Shown piece after piece: positions 29,346-37,438 of a DNA stretch of 64,000 nucleotides. Made by a program: the position numbers and the translations under genes. The notes below the pieces were generated by a model. It made no database searches and was not told the DNA's origin. It was given only the letters and a program-made list of their open reading frames with translations. Positions within the stretch are counted from its first letter, which is position 1; each line of letters starts with the position of its first letter. Source of the DNA: Dehalococcoidia bacterium (GTDB lineage: Bacteria > Chloroflexota > Dehalococcoidia > Lucifugimonadales > UBA3495); the NCBI GenBank assembly GCA_965262485.1, contig OZ253540.1, positions 3,606,080 through 3,670,079 on the forward strand, read 5' to 3'.

Positions 29346-30044
29346 CTACGCCGCATCGTCCAGGCAATCGCGCAGCGGGCGGTTGATGCACGAGAAAATC
29401 GGTGTGTCCTGCAGCGTGTAGGGCCGGGCTTTGGATTCCCGCAGCTCCATCACCAGATCCAGAAACGTCCCCGGCTCATCGGTCTCGAACCCCAGCACAA
29501 ACTCCGGATCGTCCAGGCCGAACGAGTAGGCAGTGGAGATTTTCACCTGCGGGTATTTGTGGCCGATGACGAAGTGGTCGTTCATCAACTCCTGGCGATC
29601 TTCCTTGGGCAGCTGATACCAGTCGTGGGTTTTCCAGAACGGATACATGAAGAGATAACGCCGGCCCACGATTCGCATGGACGCCGCATCGCCGGTTCCT
29701 TCCTGCCCCTCATGCTGGTGGTTGTCGATGTAGGGCGAGCGACGGGTCATCGCCAGATAGGAATGAGGCGTTTCCAGGTATCCGCCCAACCGGGTCCGGT
29801 TCAGTTGCGCCGCCAGCTCGTTGATTGGCTCCAGCTCCGGACAAACCCCCCACAGCATGAAATCGGTGTCGCCGCGAGTTCCCACCAGGCTGTAGGTATT
29901 CAGCGACACCCGGTCGGCGAACTCGGCGGTAACAGCGGCAAACTCATCCTTGCCGGCGTCCCGTTCCGCCGACGCCAGGCGACGCCACTCGGGCTGCACC
30001 CGGTAAAACGTGTACTTCACAAAATCGCGCCTGGGATCCGCCAT
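29346..30044 (-). CDS. chdC: chlorite-dismutase-family coproheme decarboxylase (HemQ/ChdC)
   Basis: 'FVKYTFYRVQPEWRRL...YSLVGTRGDTDFMLW...MYPFWKTHDWYQLPKEDRQELMNDH' is typical of actinobacterial-type HemQ. Confidence 0.8.
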   Translation of the reverse strand: MADPRRDFVKYTFYRVQPEWRRLASAERDAGKDEFAAVTAEFADRVSLNTYSLVGTRGDTDFMLWGVCPELEPINELAAQLNRTRLGGYLETPHSYLAMTRRSPYIDNHQHEGQEGTGDAASMRIVGRRYLFMYPFWKTHDWYQLPKEDRQELMNDHFVIGHKYPQVKISTAYSFGLDDPEFVLGFETDEPGTFLDLVMELRESKARPYTLQDTPIFSCINRPLRDCLDDAA

Positions 30045-30134
30045 CGCTTACCTCACATTGAATATTCGTTGCATCTGTTGGGACTCATGCTAGCCCGGTG
30101 TGGCGGAGTCGTCAATCGGTCAGCCGGCAATCCC

Positions 30135-30295
30135 CCTCATCCCGAGCCGGTCGAAGGCCCACCTGTCATTGCGAGGAGCGTAGCGACGTGGCAATCTCGT
30201 TGAGGTTGAACACACGCCGGCAAACCACCATTGCTACGGCGACGAGATTGCCACGCTGCGCTCGCAATGACAGATTAAAGTGGGTACGCATGAGG
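30135..30295. repeat. modular palindromic intergenic element, family A copy 1
   Basis: An outer stem gtcattgcga...tcgcaatgac encloses a core (30187-30255) bounded by ggcaatctcgt / acgagattgcc. Related copies sit at 44314-44497 and 46651-46831. Confidence 0.8.
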
Positions 30296-30417
30296 CGCTC
30301 CTCCAGGTTAACATTTGGCCCGTTGTCGGCTAACTATATGGGCGGTGAGGGAAGGTGGGGGAGGCGCTGGAGTTCCGCGCCATTTACATTCCACGATTGG
30401 CAGGGGACGAAGCATCC

Positions 30418-32652
30418 ATGATTCCCCGTTTTGCTCTCCGGGCGCTGACCTCGTTGGGGATCGTCCTGGTTGCGGTGATGCTGACGGATGGCCAGCCTTC
30501 GTATGCTGAAGGGGACGAGGGTTGCCATTTCCTTATGCACCTGCGCCAGTCCATTGAATTCACCGGCCCTGCCGGCGGCTATGATTTCGAGCTGTACCGG
30601 CCCACCAAGTACGGCGCCAACATATACCTGTCGAACGTGTATGGCGACCGACCCTGCAACTGGCACGCTTCCACCAATCAGAATTGGCTCGATTTGAGCA
30701 GAACCCGTGGCGAAATAGCGGGAGGAGACGACACGTTCATTACGGTGAGCATCAACGAGCGGGCGCAGGATTTGCCACGCGGTGTCCATAAGGCGGAAGT
30801 GGTCCTGAAATCACCCCAGGGTCCGCAACTAAAATACCCCTGGAAAGTAGAGGTGATTGTACACGCCGAAACACCGTGCTCCCTGCACATCTCCCAGGGC
30901 ATCTATCAGGCCCGGACACTGCGCGGTGAGGTGCCGCCAGGATTCAGCGTGGCCATCCTCACCAACCACGGCGATGCGCCCTGCGAGTGGACTGCGCAGA
31001 GCAGTCGTCCCTGGTTGAGCGTCTCGCCTACCAGCGGCGTCGTTACGCCGCAGCAACCTGGACAAATCAAGATCACAGCCAACGCCGGCGTCGCCAACCT
31101 GCCTCCGGACGACTACGACGCGGTGGTACACGTGCAATGGGTCTCAACCCGCGCGATGGACGTTGAAATCGAAGCGAGTTTAGAGGTAGAAGCGCCGCCT
31201 TGCGAGCTATATTTTGCGGAAGGACAAGCCCTCAGGATTTCCGGCAAAGCCGGTTCGATGGATTTCTCTCCAACGCACCAAAAATACGTCCTGGAAAACC
31301 GGGGCGGCACCCCGTGCTACTTTTGGCAAGCCAACGGCGTGCCGGACTGGCTGGCTATCGAGGATGAGAGCACGGTCTATGCCGCCAGTCAAACGGATGT
31401 GCAGGTGCTGGTGGATCAGCAGGCTGCGTCTCTACTTCGACCGGAATCGTACGAAACCACCGTCAGGTTCGGTTCCGGCAACGTTTCGGCCAGCAATGGC
31501 TTGGCGGTTGGAATCGACGTAAATCCGTTACCCTGCCACCTGGAAATCGTCGACCGGAGAGAACTGGTCTTCCGCATAGAACCGGAGGGACAATTAGAAG
31601 GCGAAAACCAGGAATCGATCGTCATACGCAACAATTCGACAAATGAAGATTGCTCCTGGCGAGCCGAATCGCGGAGAGACTGGCTGGTGGCAGAGCCGAG
31701 CAGCGGCACACTTGCCGGCGGCGAACAATCAACCGTTGTGGCAAGGATTGATCCCAACACTGAGGGATTTATCAGACTTCGTACCGGCAGCCACAGTGAG
31801 AACCTGGCATTCGCAGTGGTCAATGGCGCAGCGGACGCCCCGGTGCCGGTAACTCTGGATATTCCCTGCGAACCGAAACAACCGTGCGCTTATTTGCACA
31901 CCAGCCACACTAAAACCACGGTGAATCAGCCGGCGACAATCTCGCTGTCGATTTACAACCCTCTCGATGACAACATCATCGCCCATCTTGTTGCCCGGGT
32001 GCCATCGGGCTGGCAGGTGCAGAGCGATAATTTCGCCGAACGGTGCAGCGCGATATGCAACCTGACCTATCCGGTCGCGGCCGGCGGTAAGCAGGAGTTT
32101 ATCGAAATATTAGCCACCCCCAACAATGCTGGAAATCACGTTTTCGAAGCCAATGTGGAATGGGAGGTCGTCAACCCGGACAAACCGGACGACCCGGACG
32201 ACGCCATGAACACGCAGACTCTCGAGCCTCCGCCCGAACCCCAGAACCTCCGCGTAGATGTGGAAGTGATCGGCCTCTCGCCAAATTCGGACGCGCCGGC
32301 GGCTCCCACTGCAACCCTTCCGCCAGCCACCAGCACGCCTATGCCCTCACCGACTCCTGAACCGTTGGCGGTCGCTAACGCCGTCAACCCCGCTGGCGGC
32401 GCGCCACCGAAGGTCAGCGGGACGACGACCAATACGGTGAATGGTCCGGGCGGCAGTGCAGGAATCCCCGGTTGGGGACTATTGGTGGCCGCGGCGGCAA
32501 CGATAGCGCTCGCGGCAGTAGTGTTAATGTTAGTCGTGCGACGCGGCGGCCGGCGGAGGATATCCCCGGTCAACAGCAGTCCGATTGACTACGATGAGCT
32601 CGCCCGCGCTATCGAGCGCCAACGGCGCAACCGTCCGTCCAGCGCGACTTGA
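30418..32652 (+). CDS. secreted, C-terminally membrane-anchored protein with four BACON-like repeats
   Basis: Signal peptide from ATG 30418 ('MIPRFALRALTSLGIVLVAVML'). Four repeats of C-x-W-x-A...W-L...(S/T)G (e.g. 'APCEWTAQSSRPWLSVSPTSG'). The protein continues with a conserved module shared with the next gene, a Pro-rich linker, TM 'GLLVAAAATIALAAVVLMLVV' and a basic tail. Confidence 0.7.
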   Translation: MIPRFALRALTSLGIVLVAVMLTDGQPSYAEGDEGCHFLMHLRQSIEFTGPAGGYDFELYRPTKYGANIYLSNVYGDRPCNWHASTNQNWLDLSRTRGEIAGGDDTFITVSINERAQDLPRGVHKAEVVLKSPQGPQLKYPWKVEVIVHAETPCSLHISQGIYQARTLRGEVPPGFSVAILTNHGDAPCEWTAQSSRPWLSVSPTSGVVTPQQPGQIKITANAGVANLPPDDYDAVVHVQWVSTRAMDVEIEASLEVEAPPCELYFAEGQALRISGKAGSMDFSPTHQKYVLENRGGTPCYFWQANGVPDWLAIEDESTVYAASQTDVQVLVDQQAASLLRPESYETTVRFGSGNVSASNGLAVGIDVNPLPCHLEIVDRRELVFRIEPEGQLEGENQESIVIRNNSTNEDCSWRAESRRDWLVAEPSSGTLAGGEQSTVVARIDPNTEGFIRLRTGSHSENLAFAVVNGAADAPVPVTLDIPCEPKQPCAYLHTSHTKTTVNQPATISLSIYNPLDDNIIAHLVARVPSGWQVQSDNFAERCSAICNLTYPVAAGGKQEFIEILATPNNAGNHVFEANVEWEVVNPDKPDDPDDAMNTQTLEPPPEPQNLRVDVEVIGLSPNSDAPAAPTATLPPATSTPMPSPTPEPLAVANAVNPAGGAPPKVSGTTTNTVNGPGGSAGIPGWGLLVAAAATIALAAVVLMLVVRRGGRRRISPVNSSPIDYDELARAIERQRRNRPSSAT

Positions 32653-32703
32653 TGTCAAATATTCTGGCCGCCGGACATTCCGGCTATCCCCAGGAGAAAC
32701 TTC

Positions 32704-33771
32704 GTGAAAAACTTTAACCATTTAATCAGCCTAATCAGCCGCAATGTGTCGTTGTTGACCATGGTGGTCTTCGTCGTGGGAACCATAGTGCTTGCGTCGG
32801 CAATCACGCCCGGCGCCACGAACACCGTGTCCGCACAGGAAGCAACCGAGATGCCGCCGGCCACCAGCACGCTGGGGCCGCAGCCTACGGACACACCGCA
32901 ACCCACGGCGACGCCGGCGCCCACCAGCACGCCGGAGCCGCTGGCAACGGACACCCCGCAACCCACCTACACGCCGGCGCCCACCTACACGCCACTACCT
33001 ACTCAACCACTGCAACCCACTTACACGCCGCTGCCTACCGCCGTGCCCCAACAGCCGGCCCAGCCGTATTCGGGCACCACTCCGTTCATCAACTGCGGCC
33101 CCGGCGAGCCCTGTATTGACCTGCACAGCAGCCACACCAATATCTCGGTAGATGACAAGGCGCAGTTGAGCCTGTCCGTTACCAACGCTCTCAACAAGCC
33201 CAATATGACGGTGCGGCTCTTGTTGGAAATCCCCTCCGGATGGGAGGTGGACGGCGAGGGATTCGCCGAGCGGTGCAGCGGAGTCTGCAACGCGGTTTAT
33301 GACGTGTACACGGCACAGCAGGAGCTGATTCAGATCACTGCCTACCCCAACCAAACTGGTTCTTCCCGCATCGCCGGACGCATCGAGTGGCGTTATGCCG
33401 GCGAAGATAGCCTCTACCACATCACCCGCGATGTATCCATCAGGGTAACCGCGGGCGCCAACGGCAACCAACAGCGCCAGCAGCCCATTCCGGCGTTCCA
33501 GGCCCAGCCCTACGTTCCGCAAGGCGCACCCGCATCGGCGCCGGTCGCGGCCCAGCAGCAACCCGCGCAACAGCAAACCGGGCAACAGCAAGCGGCGCCA
33601 GCCCAGCAGCAAAATACCGATCCCGGGGCAAGCTGCAGCCTGGCCCCGGAGTCCAACAGTGTCGATCCCAGCCTGCTGCTGGTCGCCGGGTTAATCGTGC
33701 CTGGCATTGCCCTCCGGTTCCATTGGAGGCCTGGGCGCGCCCGCAATCGCGTTGACGACGCGGCGGAATAA
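32704..33771 (+). CDS. secreted, C-terminally anchored protein, paralogous module to the preceding gene
   Basis: Signal anchor 'LLTMVVFVVGTIVLASA', then a PT-rich linker. The module 'CIDLHSSHTNISV...EIPSGWEVDGEGFAERCSGVCNAVY' aligns with 'CAYLHTSHTKTTV...RVPSGWQVQSDNFAERCSAICNLTY'. A Gln-rich region and a C-terminal hydrophobic segment follow. Confidence 0.7.
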   Translation: MKNFNHLISLISRNVSLLTMVVFVVGTIVLASAITPGATNTVSAQEATEMPPATSTLGPQPTDTPQPTATPAPTSTPEPLATDTPQPTYTPAPTYTPLPTQPLQPTYTPLPTAVPQQPAQPYSGTTPFINCGPGEPCIDLHSSHTNISVDDKAQLSLSVTNALNKPNMTVRLLLEIPSGWEVDGEGFAERCSGVCNAVYDVYTAQQELIQITAYPNQTGSSRIAGRIEWRYAGEDSLYHITRDVSIRVTAGANGNQQRQQPIPAFQAQPYVPQGAPASAPVAAQQQPAQQQTGQQQAAPAQQQNTDPGASCSLAPESNSVDPSLLLVAGLIVPGIALRFHWRPGRARNRVDDAAE

Positions 33772-33906
33772 CTTCCGGCCAACTGTCACACCCCACCACG
33801 GGGGTGAGTTCAACACTCACCCCCGCATTTTCGACGGGAGAATGGGCTACAATCCTGTCGTAACACTACCGCCAATTCGGCATCCACCAATCCAGGAGGG
33901 ACAACC

Positions 33907-34854
33907 ATGGTAACTATCGGAGAAGGTCAGTACACCTACACAGTGCAGGAGGGTTGGGGACAGCTTCCCGCCGGCTTCGCATTCAAAGAGGTGGCCGCCG
34001 TCGGCTGCGACGAAAACGACAATGTCTATGCCTTCAATCGCGGCGACCACCCCATGATGGTTTTTGACAAGGACGGCAACTTCATCAAGTCCTGGGGAGA
34101 GGGCGTCTTTCCCCGCGCTCACGGCATCACAATGTCGCCCGATGGCAACATCTTCTGCACCGACGACGGCGACCACACCGTCCGCAAGTGCACTGCCGAC
34201 GGCGACGTGCTGCTCACTTTGGGAACCAGCGGACACCCGGCCGGCTTCATGTCCGGCGACCCTTTCAACCGCTGCACTCACGTGGCCATCGACCCCCGCA
34301 ATGGCGATTTCTTCGTCTCGGACGGTTACGGCAACGCCCGTATCCACAAATACAGCCCCGACGGACAGCTGCTATTCTCCTGGGGCGAATCGGGCAACGG
34401 CCCCGGCCAGTTCAACATCGCCCACAACATCGGCACGGACCGCAACGGACGGGTTTACCTGGCTGACCGGGAAAACCACCGCGTGCAGGTGTTTAACTCC
34501 GACGGCCACTTTCTGGGCCAGTGGACGGATATGGCCCGCCCCTGCGGTTTGTACATCGACCAGGATGCCGGACTCGTTTACCTCGGCGAGCTGGGCGCCG
34601 CCATCGGTTCCAACGACCAGGCCACCGGACTGGGCCCACGGGTCAGCGTGTACGATACCGAAGGCCGTTTGCAGGCCAGGGTCGGCGACGGGCCGGAAGG
34701 CGAAGCGGCCGGCCGGTTTATCGCCCCCCACGGCGTCTGCCTCGATTCCGCTGGCAATATCTACGTTGCCGAAGTGTCGTGGACCCATACCGGCCAGCAC
34801 CTCAACCCACCCCGCGAGGTTCGCTCCCTGCAGAAGCTGGTCAAAACCGGCTAA
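33907..34854 (+). CDS. NHL-repeat beta-propeller protein (peptidylglycine-amidating-lyase-like)
   Basis: Repeated 'GQFNIAHNIGTDRNGRVYLADRENHRVQVFNSDG'-type NHL units. RBS GGAGGG precedes the ATG. Confidence 0.7.
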   Translation: MVTIGEGQYTYTVQEGWGQLPAGFAFKEVAAVGCDENDNVYAFNRGDHPMMVFDKDGNFIKSWGEGVFPRAHGITMSPDGNIFCTDDGDHTVRKCTADGDVLLTLGTSGHPAGFMSGDPFNRCTHVAIDPRNGDFFVSDGYGNARIHKYSPDGQLLFSWGESGNGPGQFNIAHNIGTDRNGRVYLADRENHRVQVFNSDGHFLGQWTDMARPCGLYIDQDAGLVYLGELGAAIGSNDQATGLGPRVSVYDTEGRLQARVGDGPEGEAAGRFIAPHGVCLDSAGNIYVAEVSWTHTGQHLNPPREVRSLQKLVKTG

Positions 34855-34865
34855 TTTTTGACTTA

Positions 34866-34929
34866 CATCGATAGACAGGATGGACAGGATAGGGAGATCG
34901 ATAAATCCTGTTTATCCTGTTCATCGATG
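34866..34929. repeat. imperfect 64-nt palindrome built from ACAGGAT/ATCCTGT heptamers
   Basis: catcgatAGacaggatGGacaggata ... aaatcctgtTTatcctgtTCatcgatg. The same heptamers occur at 41371-41402. Confidence 0.55.
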
Positions 34930-34946
34930 TAATAAAGAGAGTTACC

Positions 34947-35651
34947 ATGGAAATCCGGATTGGAAGTCTCTCCCGCGACGCCCGGGAAGCCAGCGGCGCT
35001 GCGTTGATTATCGACGTATTTCGCGCCTTCACCACGGCGGCCATCGCCTTCGACCGGGGAGCCCAACGCATCACGCTGGTCGCAGAAGTCGAGGAGGCGT
35101 TGGCCATCCGGCAGCGCAACCCCGCCATCGCCGACATCCTGATGGGCGAGGTGGGCGGCGCCCGTCCCGACGGATTCGACCACGGCAACTCACCCTTCGA
35201 GGCCTCGTCCATCGACTTCGCCGGCAAGAGCATCGTGCAGTCAACCAGGGCCGGCACGGTGGGCACGGCCGCCGCCGGAGCCGCCGGGTGCAATCCCATT
35301 TACGTAACTTCGTTTGTGGTGGCGGGAGCCACGGCGCGGGCGCTGCTGGCGGAAGACCCCCTGCCAGGCCGGGTGACGATTCTGGCTATGGGTGACCAGG
35401 GCGCGGACCGTTCCGACGAGGACGAGCACTGCGCCCTGTACCTGCGTAACCGTCTGGAGGGCCGCAGCCCGGACCCAGCAGCCCTGCGAAAGTTGATCAT
35501 GGCCGGCGGCGCAACACAAAAATTCTTCGACGAAACCCAACCCCAGTTCCACCCCCGCGACGTATCCCTCGCCCTGGAAATAGACCGCTACAACTTCGCC
35601 ATGCGCATAACCCGGGAGGACGGCCTGCTGGTGGCCCGGCGGGTGGGGTGA
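34947..35651 (+). CDS. comB: 2-phosphosulfolactate phosphatase family protein (ComB-like)
   Basis: 'ALIIDVFRAFTTAAIAFDRGAQRITLV' and the overall length are typical of ComB. Confidence 0.65.
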   Translation: MEIRIGSLSRDAREASGAALIIDVFRAFTTAAIAFDRGAQRITLVAEVEEALAIRQRNPAIADILMGEVGGARPDGFDHGNSPFEASSIDFAGKSIVQSTRAGTVGTAAAGAAGCNPIYVTSFVVAGATARALLAEDPLPGRVTILAMGDQGADRSDEDEHCALYLRNRLEGRSPDPAALRKLIMAGGATQKFFDETQPQFHPRDVSLALEIDRYNFAMRITREDGLLVARRVG

Positions 35652-35652
35652 A
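35599..35652. repeat. direct repeat a (3' end of comB)
   Basis: 51/54 identical to 36449-36502 (ccatgcgcRtaacccgggaggacggSctgctggtRgcccggcgggtggggtgaa). Confidence 0.9.
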
Positions 35653-35829
35653 GGAGTTGGGTAACTGTTCAGACTGGCGTGGATCTGCGGACTATTCGGC
35701 CTATTGTGGAGGGGCAACCAAGCACGGCATTTCCACTGCTAACCGTTTCCGTCCCCTCAAACGTGAACGGTTACGGAGTTGGTTGTACGCTTGACGTCAA
35801 TAGTCAACGTTCGGTATGCTTGACCGGAT

Positions 35830-36114
35830 ATGATCATCGGGTATCGGGATCGCCGAACCGAGCAGTTCGCCAGTGGAGTATTCATCGCGGCGTTCCAGGG
35901 TTTTGAAGACCAGGCAACGAATCGGCTGGCGATCCTTAATGCCGCAGTATCGCTACATTCGCTGAGATCCCTGGGGGGAAACCGACTGGAATCTCTCAGT
36001 GGCTCGCGTGTCGGGCAGTATTCCGTCAGGATCAACCGGCAATGGCGCATCTGCTTTGCTTGGTCTGATGGCGCCATGGGGCCCTCTGATGTAGAGATTA
36101 CGGACTACCATTAA
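35830..36114 (+). CDS. higB: HigB-type toxin (RelE/ParE superfamily, plasmid-maintenance killer)
   Basis: '...FEDQATNRLAILNAAVSLHSLRSLGGNRLESLSGSRVGQYSVRINRQWRICFAWSDG...VEITDYH'. Confidence 0.85.
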   Translation: MIIGYRDRRTEQFASGVFIAAFQGFEDQATNRLAILNAAVSLHSLRSLGGNRLESLSGSRVGQYSVRINRQWRICFAWSDGAMGPSDVEITDYH

Positions 36115-36125
36115 CTTCTTGGAGG

Positions 36126-36425
36126 ATGTGCAGTATGTTCAGGCGGATCGTTCATCCTGGGGAGATTTTGAAGGACGAGCTGGAAGAATTGGGGGTATCC
36201 CCCACAGCGCTGGCTCGGCAGATCGATGTGCCCCCGAATCGAATCAGCCAGATAATCGCCGGCAAGCGTTCTGTAACCGGGGACACTGCGCTGAGATTGG
36301 GGCATTGGTTCAGCATGGAACCGCAATTCTGGCTGAACCTCCAGACCCAATACGATCTGGCGGTTGCCGACCAGCTAGTGGGCGAAACCGTGCGTGGCCT
36401 GCCAACCGTCGCCTCCAGCCGCTAA
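36126..36425 (+). CDS. higA: HigA-type HTH antitoxin
   Basis: 'HPGEILKDELEELGVSPTALARQIDVPPNRISQIIAGKRSVTGDTALRLGHWF'. Confidence 0.85.
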   Translation: MCSMFRRIVHPGEILKDELEELGVSPTALARQIDVPPNRISQIIAGKRSVTGDTALRLGHWFSMEPQFWLNLQTQYDLAVADQLVGETVRGLPTVASSR

Positions 36426-36448
36426 CTGCAAGAGTTCGCCACGACGCT

Positions 36449-36502
36449 GCCATGCGCGTAACCCGGGAGGACGGGCTGCTGGTAGCCCGGCGGGTGGGGT
36501 GA
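36449..36502. repeat. direct repeat b (orphan copy of the comB 3' end)
   Basis: Encodes 'AMRVTREDGLLVARRVG*', matching the comB C-terminus 'AMRITREDGLLVARRVG*'. Confidence 0.9.
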
Positions 36503-36520
36503 ATAAACAGGGGAAGAAAT

Positions 36521-37438
36521 ATGACCAATGATTTTGCTGATCTAGAGAGCATTGCACAATGGACGGTATCATATGAAGCCGAAAATGTAATTGAAAATAG
36601 TATTGATGCGGGCGAACTAGCCTCATCATTACTATCAATACGACAATTGTGCCTCCGTTCGAATGAAATCATGAACGGAGGCACTGCAACTGCGTCCTTA
36701 CGCGTTATCGCAACTAACGCAGGATCCTTTGATGTTCATGTAGCACTGGCCATTACGCTTATCGCTGGGATGCACGCCCTTTCAGGGGACTACGTCTCAG
36801 CGGCTGTGAATTTGAAATACCTCCTAACAGGCAATCCCGGAGCGATGGGAATTATAGGGGCATTCAGGCATCTTCGGGGGAGATCTTATATCACTACTGA
36901 AATCAACCAGGATTCGGTTACACTTGAAGCTAATGAACTAAGATTAAATATCCCAGTGGAGGTGTTCAGCCTATTCCAAGATAGGAGTGTGAAAGAAGCG
37001 TTGAATGACATGATAGAACCTTTGAAACAACATAGCGTAACAAAAATCACATTTCGCGATGGAGATGAGGAATTAGTATCTTTAGAATCAAATGATTTCG
37101 ATGATCCTGAATACGATGATCCCTCAGATGAGACAGAAAATGTGATTGATATACCTATACAGAGGCTACGTGTTGCCTCTCCCAATTTAGAAAACAGGAC
37201 CGCTAAATGGCGATTGAACGACGGCAATACCACGCGGTGGTATTCGATTCATGATGAAGACTTCATGCAAAAAGTCACGAACGGTGACGAGAAATTTGGC
37301 GCTGGTGATGTACTCACTTGCCATGTTAACATTGTCCAGACATTACATAATGACAGTGGATTCGACAGCGATTACCGAATAATAAAGGTTCTGGATCATA
37401 GTTCACCCGGCAGGCAATTATCTTTCAATGATGGATAA
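36521..37438 (+). CDS. hypothetical protein, strongly AT-rich orphan
   Basis: A 305-aa uninterrupted ORF. Spot counts of 60-nt lines give about 35-37% GC versus about 65% in the flanks. Acidic stretch 'DFDDPEYDDPSDETE'. No family recognised. Confidence 0.6.
   Translation: MTNDFADLESIAQWTVSYEAENVIENSIDAGELASSLLSIRQLCLRSNEIMNGGTATASLRVIATNAGSFDVHVALAITLIAGMHALSGDYVSAAVNLKYLLTGNPGAMGIIGAFRHLRGRSYITTEINQDSVTLEANELRLNIPVEVFSLFQDRSVKEALNDMIEPLKQHSVTKITFRDGDEELVSLESNDFDDPEYDDPSDETENVIDIPIQRLRVASPNLENRTAKWRLNDGNTTRWYSIHDEDFMQKVTNGDEKFGAGDVLTCHVNIVQTLHNDSGFDSDYRIIKVLDHSSPGRQLSFNDG

Noticed and set aside
30098-30421. 107-aa ORF 'CHCEERSDVAISLRLN...' and similar ORFs at 46645..46875, 50156..50581 and 56893..57150
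   Set aside because: They are translations of the palindromic/MITE repeats, not genes.
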